Shown piece by piece: positions 13,001 through 23,886 of a stretch of 64,000 nucleotides of DNA. A program made the position numbers and the translations under genes. The stretch is from Calditrichia bacterium. Lineage in GTDB: Bacteria; Calditrichota; Calditrichia; JAJRVZ01. The stretch covers positions 1 to 64,000 of the forward strand of contig CAWCNS010000016.1 in the NCBI GenBank assembly GCA_963796965.1. The letters are read 5' to 3'. Under the pieces are notes generated by a model. The model saw nothing but the letters and a program-made list of their open reading frames with translations. It was not told the DNA's origin and made no database searches. The first letter of the stretch is position 1. Each line of letters begins with the position of its first letter.

Positions 13001-14889
13001 TAAAAAATAAAATTAGCGCATTTTTAGAAACTTATAAACTTGAGTCGGGATCATCTCCGATGGAAGCCGGAATGCAGAAACCGGTCAGCCTGAAGACAAG
13101 GGAATTATCTGCAGAAATTACCGATCTGATTCAAAAATCATTTGATGAATCTTCTGAGCTGACTGTTCAGATGACTGAATTTCCTTTAGATGAAAATACG
13201 AATGAGCAAGCTTATACCCAGGATAGTATAAAGACACAGGTCATTTATATTCAGCAAGCTGCCAGAATTACAATATCCAATCCTCAGTATCCGGATACCG
13301 TTTCGACAGGACAAACCTTTACGTTTAGGGTTTCTATAAATGCGGAGAATCATTTAATCGATGCTCTGGGGATCCTTACTTTACCGGAAAGCTTTAAAGG
13401 AGCTTAATAGCGGTGAAATGCAATTAATATCCGTTCCGGATTTGGTAAATAATGAAGTGGTTTGGCAGGTCCACGTGCCTTCCACAAATGACTACACAGG
13501 ACCGGTGATGGATAGTATGTCCGTTCAGATTGTTGGAACGGACGGAAATACGAATCAGCCGGTATATAGTAATACTATTCAAGGAAAAAGGCTTTATCTC
13601 CAACTCCAACCCCGAATCAAAATGATCGCCGAGATATTAGAACCACATTCAGCTCGCGATGCTGGCCGCATATCTCACGGACAATCACTAAAAGTCCGTG
13701 TTTGGGCAGAATTTGTTGATAAACTCGTTGCAACAGAGTTAGAATACGCAAATATTGAAGGAACAGGGACGATTAAACTCGATGATAAGTTATTCAGTGA
13801 AGAATATGGATTTAAAAAGATTGCTCGGCGAGGATTATGAACCACGATTTGATAAAATCGGACCGGAGGGCTTTAAAGATTTTATTGTTCGCGCTCCTTC
13901 ACAAAATAAAACAGCGCTCTTGAATTTTACGTTTTCCACGCTTCCAAAAGATGAAAACAGTGGTGACCTTATCGTCGTTGAGCCTGGATTAGGAGTAATC
14001 TCCTTGCCCATTACTGTCGCCGAAAAGAAGATTGTTGTTACAATGTTACCTGATTTGATTGATAGTTATACTTTTCCACGTGGTGAAGAATTTCATCCAT
14101 TAATGGCTTTTGAAATATCTAATGAGGGGTATCAGGACAGTCTGATATTTGAAAAAATACAACTGACATTTTTAGCCCGCACGGACACCAGTCTGCTTGC
14201 CAGAGAAGGGATTCTTGATCTGATTGAAATTGTCGGTGTCATGGATCATGAAGCAGCACAAGATGAGTTAACAAAACCCTCAGACATCAATTATGTGGAT
14301 TATACGATAACTGAAACAAACGCAACCAATCCCTTAGAAGTTGAATTCAATATACCTGGGCACTTAGGGGCGGGCGAGGCCGTCACCGTCATGGTTCTAC
14401 TTAAATTTAAGGCCGGAGAAAGTTCTAGAAGTTTTCGTGCACGCCTGGATGATGTATTTGCCTATAATATCGATGATGTCAACAGGGATAGCCCGGTTAC
14501 CATTGTTGATCCGGAAGGAAAATTAATCCAGCTGAGCGATGACGCAACAACAAAAATTATTAGTGTTACTTCTAATGATCCGGAAAAGACCTTTGGGAAT
14601 TTTCCCAATCCATTTGGACGGGCACCCCATGAAACAACACAGATTAGCTTTTTACTGCTTAAAGATGCCGATGTGACCTTACGGATATTTTCTCTGGCCG
14701 GTGAATTGGTACGCTCAACATGGAATAAGAGTCTGGATGGTCTGCCAGCAGGATTTGCATTATGTGGTCTGGGATGGTAAAAATGACTATGGAGATGTCG
14801 TACTCAATGGTGTTTACTTATGTGCTATTGAGATCAGAGATAGCAGTGGCAGTAATCAGTATATGACGAAGATTGCGTATATTAAATAA
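4100..14889 (+). CDS. Giant (~3,600 aa) secreted surface protein: signal peptide, NIDO-like N-terminal domain, ~16 Ig-like repeats, further Ig-like domains, C-terminal FlgD/T9SS-like sorting domain; many frameshifts
   Basis: ATG 4100 (MTRHLKILYSLLFLPVLVFA). Overlapping + ORFs run from 4189 to 14889. A YAAGYD-type motif recurs every ~290-300 bp from ~5310 to ~9720. C-terminus NFPNPF..LRIFSLAGELV..WDGKNDYG..NGVYLC..KIAYIK. Confidence 0.85.
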
Positions 14890-15060
14890 CGTGGAGCGTA
14901 GAGCGTGGAGCGTGAAGAGAGTAGAGAGTAGAGAGTAGAAGAGTAGAAGATGTAGAGACGTGCCGAGTCGAAGACCTCGTTCTAGGGGTGGGCCGCCTGA
15001 TGAGTCGCCAGGACTCTGCGAGACTCAGCGAGATATGAAAAAAATTAAATAAAAAAGATA

Positions 15061-16991
15061 ATGAACCTTTTAAATAAAATAAATCACGGAAATCAATGGC
15101 TGGTGGGCAGTCTGCTCCTCCTTCTATGTCTATCGCTGCCGGTAATGGGGCAGGATGGAGATGGTGGCACCGAAGATAATATGAGCATCCTCGGATACGG
15201 TGCCCGGGCTTTGGGTATGGGCAAGGCTTTTACAGCGCTGGCCGATGATCCTACGGCTGTCTATTGGAATCCCGCTGGTTTGGAATTCCTTAACCAGCAG
15301 AGTGCAACATTCTATCACTCATCGCTTTGGGGTGGAACCAGTTATGATTTTCTCGGTTATGCCTATCCAACATTAAGTATAGGAACCTTTGGACTTGGTA
15401 TTGCCAGGATTGGTGTTGATGATATTCCCCAGACAAGTGCAGGGGAGCAGGTTTATGATAACACCTTCTCCAACTCCGAATATCAGATCTATGCCTCCTA
15501 TGCCAAAAAAATGCCTTATAATTTGACACCGGGCATTACGCTTCGTATGTTCCAACGTAACTGGAGTGGTATTATTGATGAAGCTGATCTGAGTGACACG
15601 GGTTTCGGTGTCGACCTGGGTTTAATGTTTCGCCCTGAGTGGCTGGGTTCACCCTGGTTACAGGACTGGTCATTTGGATTAAAGATCCAGAATTTGATTG
15701 CTCCCTCAATAAAGGAAGGAAACGTCAGCGAGAATTTTCCACTTACGGTGAAACTGGGTACATTTAAAAAGGTCCGTTTTGTGGGGGGTGAATATTTTAA
15801 CGCCCTTTTTGATCTCGATTATTCACAGTACAGAAGTTTAAAGGCCCATTTGGGTGCTGAGTACCGGGTGAAAGACTATGGTGAAGTTCGCTTAGGATAC
15901 ACAACCGGTGGCTTGACATTTGGTGCCAGTATCGAGTATCAGAAATTCCGTTTTGATTATTCCTATGGTTCGTCTGCTTATTCTGATGTACTACCGGGTG
16001 TTCACCGATTTTCACTCTCATTTACCTTTGGTAATACCCGTGAAGAAATGTACGAAATTGCTGAAAACAAACGCATCGAAGAGCAAAATGAAATGTTGGC
16101 CCGTTTACGTGAGGAAGAAAATCGACAATTTATTGCCGATCACTTGGTTTTGGCAGATAACTATTTCAATCAGGAACGTTATCTCGATGCAATTGTAGAG
16201 TATCAACAGGTATTGAGTCGTGATTCTTCTCAAACAAGGCAACAGCGATGATAGATTCGACTAATGCCCTGTTGGAGATAAGATTTAATGAGGCGCAGGC
16301 TTTAGCAGTACAAGATGCTATAAATAAGAACAGGGCAGTCGAGAACAGGCAGTTTGTTGATTCCCATTTTGAAAAGGGCCGTTCTTTACTCGATCAGAAT
16401 GAATTTGTTCCTGCTCTTGTTGAGTTTAATCTTGCCCTGGAACGTGATTCCAGTAATATTATGATTACCGATGCTATTGAGACGACCTATCGCCGGCAAA
16501 ATGAAGAAGCCCAGCGTCTGATCCAATTGAGTAGAGAAGAAGCCAAAAATCAGAATTATTCAGAAGCCCTTGTTCTCCTGGTCGATGCGCGCTCAATGGC
16601 TTCTACAGATTCCGCTCTGGTGAGAGAAATCCGTGCTGTTAAAAAGCAAATCGATATCCAACGTGATATCCAAAAAGGAATGCTTCTCTTTCAGGTTGAA
16701 GAATATGCCCGTGCTGATTCCGTATTTCAAACCATATTAGAGAAAGAACCTGATAATGAAGTCGCAAAAGACTTTTCCAGACGTTCAAGGATTGAGAGCA
16801 CCGGAAAAGATGATAAATTGGATGAAAATACCGAGAAGAAGTATATGGAAGGGATGGATAAGTATCTTGATGGCAAATATGCAGAGGCCATTGAGGTATG
16901 GAATAAGATACTTGTTGATCAACCCTATAATAAACGTGTTAATAAGGCTATTCAGGGGGCAAAAGATAAAATGTCACAGGGGACAGAATAA
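15061..16991 (+). CDS. PorV/PorQ-family (FadL-like) outer-membrane protein fused to a C-terminal TPR region (frameshift ~16245)
   Basis: GARALGMGKAFTALADDPTAVYWNPAGL signature; barrel ends HRFSLSFTFG, followed by TPR helices continuing in ORF 16248..16991. Confidence 0.85.
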
Positions 16992-17018
16992 AATTGATTT
17001 TAGCCTATTCGGAGAACA

Positions 17019-17531
17019 TTGAGGAAGAGAAAACTTACAATTCCCGCTCAGATAAAATACCTGGCTCAGATCAGAGGGTTTATAGATTATATCGGTCGGC
17101 GCTACTCCTATTCGAATAAGGATATCCATGCCACAAAACTCGCTGTAGAAGAAGCCTGTACGAATATCATGCGTCATGGCTATAAGGATACACCCTACGG
17201 TGAGATTACAATTAAGATTTTAATCCGTCGGCTCAGTATGACCGTTGTTCTCTTAGATCAGGGTACCGCGTTTGATCCCAGAACCGTCAATAAGCCGGAT
17301 CTACTCAAATATGTAGAAATAGGCAAAGTGGGTGGATTAGGGATCATGATGATCCGTAAATTAATGGATGAACTTCAGTATAATGTTACGGATCGGGGAA
17401 ACGAATTTCGCTTAACAAAATACCGTGAGAAGGTGAAAGATACTCTTCTGTTTAAGATCTGGCATTTCTTAAAGACCCGCCATAAAAATAAACTTACCAT
17501 CGACGAACGCCTCGATTATATAAGCGGCTAG
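17019..17531 (+). CDS. RsbW-like anti-sigma factor / Ser-Thr kinase (HATPase_c_2)
   Basis: LAVEEACTNIMRHGY, DQGTAFDP and GGLGIMMIRKLMDE motifs. Confidence 0.9.
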   Translation: MRKRKLTIPAQIKYLAQIRGFIDYIGRRYSYSNKDIHATKLAVEEACTNIMRHGYKDTPYGEITIKILIRRLSMTVVLLDQGTAFDPRTVNKPDLLKYVEIGKVGGLGIMMIRKLMDELQYNVTDRGNEFRLTKYREKVKDTLLFKIWHFLKTRHKNKLTIDERLDYISG

Positions 17532-17537
17532 TTTTTT

Positions 17538-17728
17538 AATAGAACACGGATGACACGGATAACACGGATTTCCGCGGATCTTATTTTCTATTTTATTTCA
17601 TTTTTTTGCAGGGCATCAATACAATAAAAGAAAAAACAATAAATTGAAATCTTTAATTTTTTGTTTTTGAAATATTTATGAGAAAAATCCGTGGCAATCC
17701 GTGTTATCCGCGTCATCCGCGTTCTATT
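17538..17728. repeat. Long inverted repeat of 9-bp-periodic CACGGAT(G/A)A units between convergent genes
   Basis: aatagaacacggatgacacggataacacggat ... atccgtgttatccgcgtcatccgcgttctatt; a partial copy at ~32830-32852. Confidence 0.85.
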
Positions 17729-17756
17729 GGATCACTAAGAAAAAATTGATCAGGTA

Positions 17757-18702
17757 TTAGAAATATATCCCATAGAAAACCTGATCCCCGCTGAGACGGA
17801 TCGTTGGCATGGGAAGTTTGAGGAAATTAAGTTCATCTTTAATAAAGCGGACGATGGGAAAATCATCAAGTGGCCCAAGGGGAATTTTAGTAATATCAAT
17901 ATCAATACTTAACAGGATTTCCCGACGCCCGCCAAGGGAATTTCTGGCCACACCCTTTGCGCTATGTCCAAGGGCCAGACCAAAGGGCTTGAGTATGCCC
18001 GGATACCCCTTTTGCCAGGATCTGGGCATCATATCATAAATATTAGCGGTAAACCAGAAAGTAATGCCCTCATAGTCATCGATTTTGGATATCTCCGGCC
18101 GGTAATATTGATTTGTACGGTAGGCAATGGATGTATGATAGCTGACCTTGAATCGTAGCCCGCCTAGCTTGAGAAGGGAAATATTGACGGAGGGCAGAAA
18201 AGGTAGCCCCTGCCGTATTACCAATTAAATCACCGTAACTGAATCCCCAGCGGACAAAAAATCCATCTGTAATCTCCATTTGTAACATCCATAACCAGCC
18301 GGTTAAGGAGCCCATCCAAATAGATTGATTTGCAGAAAATCCGGACCAGCGATATACTTTTGAAAAAAAGTCTGAAGCGAATGCCGCATGTACCAGGTGA
18401 CCCAGCTTATCCATCTGCTGCCAACGGCGGATATCGGTTTCCCAGGCAAGAGCATGGAATTTACCCCGTTTGTCATTATACCAGGTATCTTTTAATTTCA
18501 TCATTCCTATAAAATCGAGTACAATGATACCACCGGTCGCAATCATTAATCGTCCGGAATTCACATCGGAATCCGTGCGCCAGATAGTCCCGTCATTTAG
18601 TTTCGGATATACCTCAACGAGGGACGAGTCGATCTGACCCTGAAGTAAAACAGGGATGAGTATGAGAATAAAAGTATAATGTTTAATAATATTTTTATGC
18701 AT
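17757..18702 (-). CDS. DUF2279/YfiM-family exported protein (frameshift ~18200)
   Basis: WQQMDKLGH, GFSYGDLIGNTAG and IDDYEGITFW motifs across two ORFs. Confidence 0.75.
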
Positions 18703-18939
18703 TTTTTAAAACTAAAAGATAGTGACGTACAACAGTATTAAAACGAAAAGTAATAGAAAGAATCGACCTGTTTCAACTAAAAGTATACTTATATTTTGCA
18801 AAAAAGTATGTGACAAATGTCAGAAATGATATTCTTTTGAATTTGTTGTTTGGAGGTATTAAATTTGGGGATGTTAGAGATGGTAATTAGTAATTAGGAA
18901 TTTGTAATTCTTTTACCTTTTACCTTTATCTTATTTACC

Positions 18940-19020
18940 GGAGGATTAGGCTAACTGGTAAGTCATCCCCCGTAGGACGCGGTCTAAGGATCCGTGAAAC
19001 GGGACGCCCTCTTGGGCTTG
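18940..19020 (+). pseudogene. Degenerate 5' copy of tRNA-Ser(TGA)
   Basis: First 26 nt identical to the tRNA at 19066, followed by interrupted anticodon and variable-arm sequence; no T arm or 3' acceptor strand. Confidence 0.8.
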
Positions 19021-19065
19021 GGATGATATAAAAAAATTTTACATATTGTTGTTTTAGCGATTGCT

Positions 19066-19148
19066 GGAGGATTAGGCTAACTGGTAAGTCAGCGGTCTTG
19101 AAAACCGCCGCCCTTGCGGGCTTGTAGGTTCGAGTCCTACATCCTCCG
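19066..19148 (+). tRNA. tRNA-Ser(TGA)
   Basis: GGAGGAT/ATCCTCC acceptor, GCGGT-CT-TGA-AA-ACCGC anticodon arm, long variable arm, GTAGG-TTCGAGT-CCTAC T arm. Confidence 0.95.
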
Positions 19149-19155
19149 CTCCAAT

Positions 19156-19196
19156 GAAAAGCCCCGTAAACAAAGCGTTTGCGGGGTTTTCTTTTT
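19156..19196 (+). terminator. Intrinsic terminator after tRNA-Ser(TGA)
   Basis: GAAAAGCCCCGTAAAC / GTTTGCGGGGTTTTC hairpin plus T-run. Confidence 0.8.
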
Positions 19197-19258
19197 ATAA
19201 AACAATGCATTATTTCAGATCATATATTACCCGGGTGACAGATAGGTGACAGATATTG

Positions 19259-21019
19259 TCACTTGATCAGTATCATTTTCTTTGCATCCTGAAATTCACC
19301 TGCCTCGATTCTGTAAAAGTAAATTCCTGAAGATAGATTCTGTGCATTAAATTTAACTTCGTGATAACCTGCTTTCATTTCTATATCCAATAATGTTGAA
19401 ACTTTTTGACCACAGGTATCATAAATTTCAATTTTAACGGGATCTGAATTATTCGTAGAAAATAATATAGTAGTCACCGAATTAAATGGATTTGGATAAT
19501 TATGTAAAAGGGCATTAGAAGGGGTAAAATTATTATCCTTGTCAGTTGTAAAAATTTCTATTGGTCCAAATTCAATATGATCCCCAGAAAAATCATATTG
19601 GACTAAGTTTATAATAATAATTGGTCCCAGGATTAACATTTTGATGAATATAATTATATTGTTTTCCCTGGGATGAATTCCCTAACCCCATTAATGAGTA
19701 ATCTTCTGAATAATCTGCAAGTAATTTAAATTCATTTTGTTTTCCTTCTTTTACGTATATTTCGTAGCCAAGATTATTCAACTCACTAGTTGTTACCCAA
19801 ATTAACTCTATATTTCCATTAAAATAATTTCCATTAAAACTTTTCAATTCAACAGGAAGGGATTGATCTCTGTCAGAAATATTTTCGTAAGCCCCGATAT
19901 CTGGCGGATTTCCCCTTTGTATATATTCGATATCTGTGAGAGGTACTCCAATAGCAGTACCGCTTCTTATGCATGGACTTGTATCTTGGATATGATAATC
20001 ACTTCCACTAACAAATAAGGGATCTGAAAAAATTAAAGATTGATCATCTATGTTACAATGATCAAAATTTTGTCCATTATTCCAAAAAATGCTATAGGAT
20101 ATTAATGAATTTTCTTTAACATTCTTCATCGCCAATACAACACTGTTTACAATAACATTATTGTATGCAGTAAGATTTGCGCCGCCAGTGACGCCATAAT
20201 CATTGCCGGAGATTGTATTATTAATCAAATATATTGACTCAGGAATTGCAGCCCCTTCATAATTTTCTGATGTATTTCCGTTGGCCATACAACCCAATCC
20301 GGCCATAGAATTATTTACAATCAAATTGTTCTCAATGTAGAAAATTCTGTTAGACATCCCAGGATAGTCAATTAGTTGTATTCCATCCTCATCGTTTCCG
20401 GATATTATATTATTTCTAATTTTTATGTTCAAAGAAGAATTGCCACTATAAGAATGGAGACGTATTTCGAATATTACCAGTATCATCACCATTATTAATT
20501 ATTTCATTATTTTCAATAATAACATCTACATCGTAATCCAAATCAATTCCATCATCACTATTATTTTCAAATTTATTATCTATGCAAATACCACCACTGC
20601 TTCTTTCATAATCAATCCCATCGGAACAATTTTTTATATGGCAATTTGAGATTTTGAAGGGTGCATGGGGATATACCATCATCTCCATTTTGCAGAGTTA
20701 ATCCTTGGATTGATGTTGTGAGTTACAGCTGAACTTTTATTGAAAGAACAAAAGATTTATCATTACCATCGATAATTGTTTGTGTAATTTCAGCTGGATC
20801 CCCGAGTTAAGAGGTAATTTGAAGTAAGTGTGATTGATTTTCCACTAATAACTAATTGTTCATAATACACTCCAGAGCGCAACGACGAACGGTGTCTCCG
20901 TGGCTTGCATATTTAATTCCATCCTGGATAGAGGAATAATCATCAGGAATATTGATGATTTTTGCTTGTATTTCAAATATAAGAAATAATATAAATATGA
21001 AATTAGACAATACTTTCAT
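19259..21019 (-). CDS. Secreted right-handed beta-helix (pectin lyase-like) protein with T9SS-like C-terminal domain; several frameshifts, AT-rich
   Basis: Start MKVLSNF..IINIPDDYSSIQDGI; PbH1-like repeats (NNSDDGIDLD, GNDEDGIQL); LPVELKSF; C-terminal NYPNPFN..SGIYFYRI..KKMILIK. Confidence 0.8.
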
Positions 21020-21491
21020 TTAAAATATAGTCTTTTATATTTTTTAATTCTTGAGGGTAATTACTAAAAATGTAAAATTGACAACGAACGGATACGTTTG
21101 ATAATAGGAGCTCATTCGGATTAGGAATATTAATTAGACCATAATCGATTATCGGTAATGATGCTTGGTTAATTATTAAGTCGAAAAAGTGAGAGATGTT
21201 ATTACTAAAATTAGCCTTAGGTTTATTAATTTAATTAATTATTCACCAATTTCAATAAAAATCGAAAATAGTTTATAATTGTAAAATTTTCTTTATCATA
21301 TTTTTTATATTTGCGTCCATATTGATACTTCAACCTGTATATGAATAGATCACTAGTGGCAATATATGGACAACTGATGGTGCGTACATATGCGGATAAA
21401 TACGATCAAGTACGGTCAGATAAGGCTCTACAAGATTTGCCACTTGACTAGAACGATACGTTGTTTTTATTGAGGTTAGGAGTCTTGTTTA

Positions 21492-21549
21492 GGTCTTGAA
21501 AACCGCCGCCCTTGCGGGCTTATAGGTTTCGAGTCCTACATCCTCCGCT
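21492..21549 (+). repeat. att-like duplicate of the 3' part of tRNA-Ser(TGA)
   Basis: GGTCTTGAAAACCGCC..CATCCTCCGCT matches 19094-19150 with one substitution and one extra T. Confidence 0.92.
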
Positions 21550-21552
21550 TTT

Positions 21553-21592
21553 AATAGCCTGTTACATTAACTTGTGACAGGCTATTGTATTT
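21553..21592 (+). terminator. Terminator-like hairpin after the tRNA duplicate
   Basis: AATAGCCTGTTACA / TGTGACAGGCTATT inverted repeat. Confidence 0.65.
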
Positions 21593-21725
21593 TATGAACT
21601 TATGGCATGAATTATTCCCTAAATTACCTGCTTTACTTCTTACAATACTTGATTTTGTGTCCCGTCTACCAGACTTAAATTAATTTGTGTCCCGTGAAAA
21701 AAGATTTGCCGGACAAAAATTATCC

Positions 21726-23186
21726 TTATCTTATACAAAACCCGTAAAGTCTGGCATTAGATATATCAAACTGAATCTTGATCGCGCGTCCGGATAAATC
21801 ATCAAGACCTTTCCCCTCAAATGAAACCGGTATTTCAACACTGTCTTCTCCAGAAACTGAACTTTGAAAACTGCTTATATGTTTGCCGCTTTCATCTAAT
21901 AATGAAACTTTAATCGACCCATAACTTGTATTAGCATTGAGAGATAGATTGGTACCTGTAAATGAAAAAGGTTTGGTTATTATTTTTCCACCATCAAAAC
22001 TGGCCTCCAGCGATACAAATCGTCCCCGCTTTATTTTAGCCAGACCAATGGCCCCATTTTTAGGACCTGTATCGTCCCCTTCATAAGGAGAGTGACGGTA
22101 AGTTCGTCCGCTATAGTAGAACCACAGTTCGTCTTTAACTTCGATAGGGGGAAGGTCTCCTGTGGCGATGTTAAATCGATCCCACGCGCCCACTCTTCCT
22201 TCGGCTATAAAAGGATCTCTTGGTTCAACACGTGTAAATTGTCTGCCATCGCGGCTGACAGCCAGTTGAATATCCAGATTTCCCTGATCTTTCAAGCCAT
22301 AAAACATTTGAACACAGCCGATATATACTCCCTGGTATGGAAAAACGGACATGGAGTAAATCTCCGTACCTTCCGGATCATCACCATCAGCCGCCATTAC
22401 CAGTTCTCCCTGAGACCAGGTGCGAAAATCACTGCTTTCGATGCGGGTAACCGCTCTTCCCCAACCCCATTTTTTCCAGCGGTTGTGTAGCCGATCAGGC
22501 GTGAGCTTGGTCCGTCCATAAAGTACATATTTATTTATTAAATGATCCCAAAAAACATGACTGATATCGTATATCTGATGACTGGCAAAATCGTTTTCCA
22601 GGGTAAAATGTATCCCGTCAGGACTTATGGCTACACCTAAACCACGACGTTGCGTTCCATGGAACGGACTGACGTTTTCACCCCGATAATCACGTTGGAT
22701 ACTGACAAAACTCGCCTTATACCGCCGCCCGGGATCGGGATCATTTTTATCTTTTATAACACCAAAATTTTCGTAAAAATATCCCATATTACCGCGTTCT
22801 ATGACCAGATTGGTTTTTTGTCCTTCACGAATAACGACATCCAGCTCAGGCTTATCCCAATTTATGCCGTCCTCACTGGTGGCATAGGCTAAATGCCCGC
22901 CGTCGCAATAATACCACATCTTATAGATATTCTCCTCATCATCATAGATGACCCGTCCAAACAACAAAGCCCGGATTCCTTCCCACATTTTATCGGGTTT
23001 GAGAACCGGACCAGCAGGGTGTTTTTCAGCCGGATTTATGCACCGGGTAATATTTTCGACATGCTCAATGATATATTCATCCAAAAACAACTGCTCTTCG
23101 CTTCCGATTTGAATTGTTTGGTTGTTGTCTGATGCCGATAGTGAGATAGCGATGGATAGAATGATAAGTTTGAATAGTCGTTTCAT
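21726..23186 (-). CDS. Secreted five-bladed beta-propeller glycoside hydrolase-like protein (GH32/GH43-like fold)
   Basis: Signal peptide; Asp-box-like repeats (YATSEDGINW, SPDGIHF, SSDFRTW, SRDGRQF). Confidence 0.7.
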   Translation of the reverse strand: MKRLFKLIILSIAISLSASDNNQTIQIGSEEQLFLDEYIIEHVENITRCINPAEKHPAGPVLKPDKMWEGIRALLFGRVIYDDEENIYKMWYYCDGGHLAYATSEDGINWDKPELDVVIREGQKTNLVIERGNMGYFYENFGVIKDKNDPDPGRRYKASFVSIQRDYRGENVSPFHGTQRRGLGVAISPDGIHFTLENDFASHQIYDISHVFWDHLINKYVLYGRTKLTPDRLHNRWKKWGWGRAVTRIESSDFRTWSQGELVMAADGDDPEGTEIYSMSVFPYQGVYIGCVQMFYGLKDQGNLDIQLAVSRDGRQFTRVEPRDPFIAEGRVGAWDRFNIATGDLPPIEVKDELWFYYSGRTYRHSPYEGDDTGPKNGAIGLAKIKRGRFVSLEASFDGGKIITKPFSFTGTNLSLNANTSYGSIKVSLLDESGKHISSFQSSVSGEDSVEIPVSFEGKGLDDLSGRAIKIQFDISNARLYGFCIR

Positions 23187-23226
23187 GATTTTATCCTTTT
23201 TATAAAATTTACTAAAAATTTCTTAT

Positions 23227-23448
23227 CATGAGTGTCCGGTTTAAAAATCCTAATCGAAGTTACATCAAAATATATCGTTGCCAGCCCCATTCTCTTGCTG
23301 AGAAGGGGCTTCATAAAGTCCCTCTCTTCTCAAGAGAGGGATTTAGGGTGAGTTCTTTATATCAAGTCCCAAAGTTACGAATTTAATTATTTCAATTAAT
23401 ATTACGGTCTTTAATAACACCTGATTAAATCTTAACCGGACACTCATG
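23227..23448. mobile_element. MITE copy 1 (TIR CATGAGTGTCCGGTT, 9-bp TSD ATTTCTTAT)
   Basis: Perfect terminal inverted repeats and a 9-bp direct repeat; homologous to 43504-43741 and 24636-24867. Confidence 0.93.
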
Positions 23449-23542
23449 ATTTCTTATATAAAATAAATTTGAATACAATATAGAAATCATTTACGACATA
23501 ATTTTACAACGATGCTAATTTTATTTAATAGAACTATAGAGT

Positions 23543-23607
23543 AAAACCACCGCCCTTTGGACTTGTGCCGAAGGCATCCCCTTGGGAGAGTCCCACAACC
23601 GCCGCCA
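23543..23607 (+). repeat. Diverged second att-like copy of the tRNA-Ser 3' half, with a small hairpin insertion
   Basis: AAAACCACCGCCCTTTGGACTTGTG[insert]GAGTCCCACAACCGCCGCCA versus tRNA AAAACCGCCGCCCTTGCGGGCTTGTAGGTTCGAGTCCTACATCCTCCG. Confidence 0.65.
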
Positions 23608-23685
23608 TTAGTGGCAGTTGGTGAATCCGTAAGAGTCGCTTACTGTCAGTTATGTCCCGATGAGCGAAGTGAAAATCGGGAACTT

Positions 23686-23727
23686 AAGAAAAACCCCGTA
23701 AACAACTTGTTTACGGGGTTTTTCTTT
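23686..23727. terminator. Bidirectional terminator hairpin homologous to the one after tRNA-Ser(TGA)
   Basis: Perfect AAGAAAAACCCCGTAAACAA / TTGTTTACGGGGTTTTTCTT. Confidence 0.8.
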
Positions 23728-23886
23728 AAGTCTAAAAAATAAGACGCAAATTTGGTGAAATTTTGTCGCAGGAATTTTTACACTTTTGATATCAATGTCT
23801 ACTACTGTCAAAACTGAACAACGCATTTTTTGATGTGCTGTTCAGTCATGACTCGAGAATAAAACGAACAAATATCCGTTTTTATC

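Noticed and set aside
4100..14889. Stop-codon recoding as the cause of fragmentation
   Set aside because: Consecutive fragments change frame and overlap, which indicates indels rather than read-through.
19066..19148. Selenocysteine or suppressor tRNA
   Set aside because: Anticodon TGA decodes UCA (Ser); tRNA-Sec would have TCA and a longer acceptor stem.
21020..21491. Integrase remnant next to the att-like site
   Set aside because: The short frames I translated show no tyrosine-recombinase motifs; BLASTX is needed to exclude it fully.
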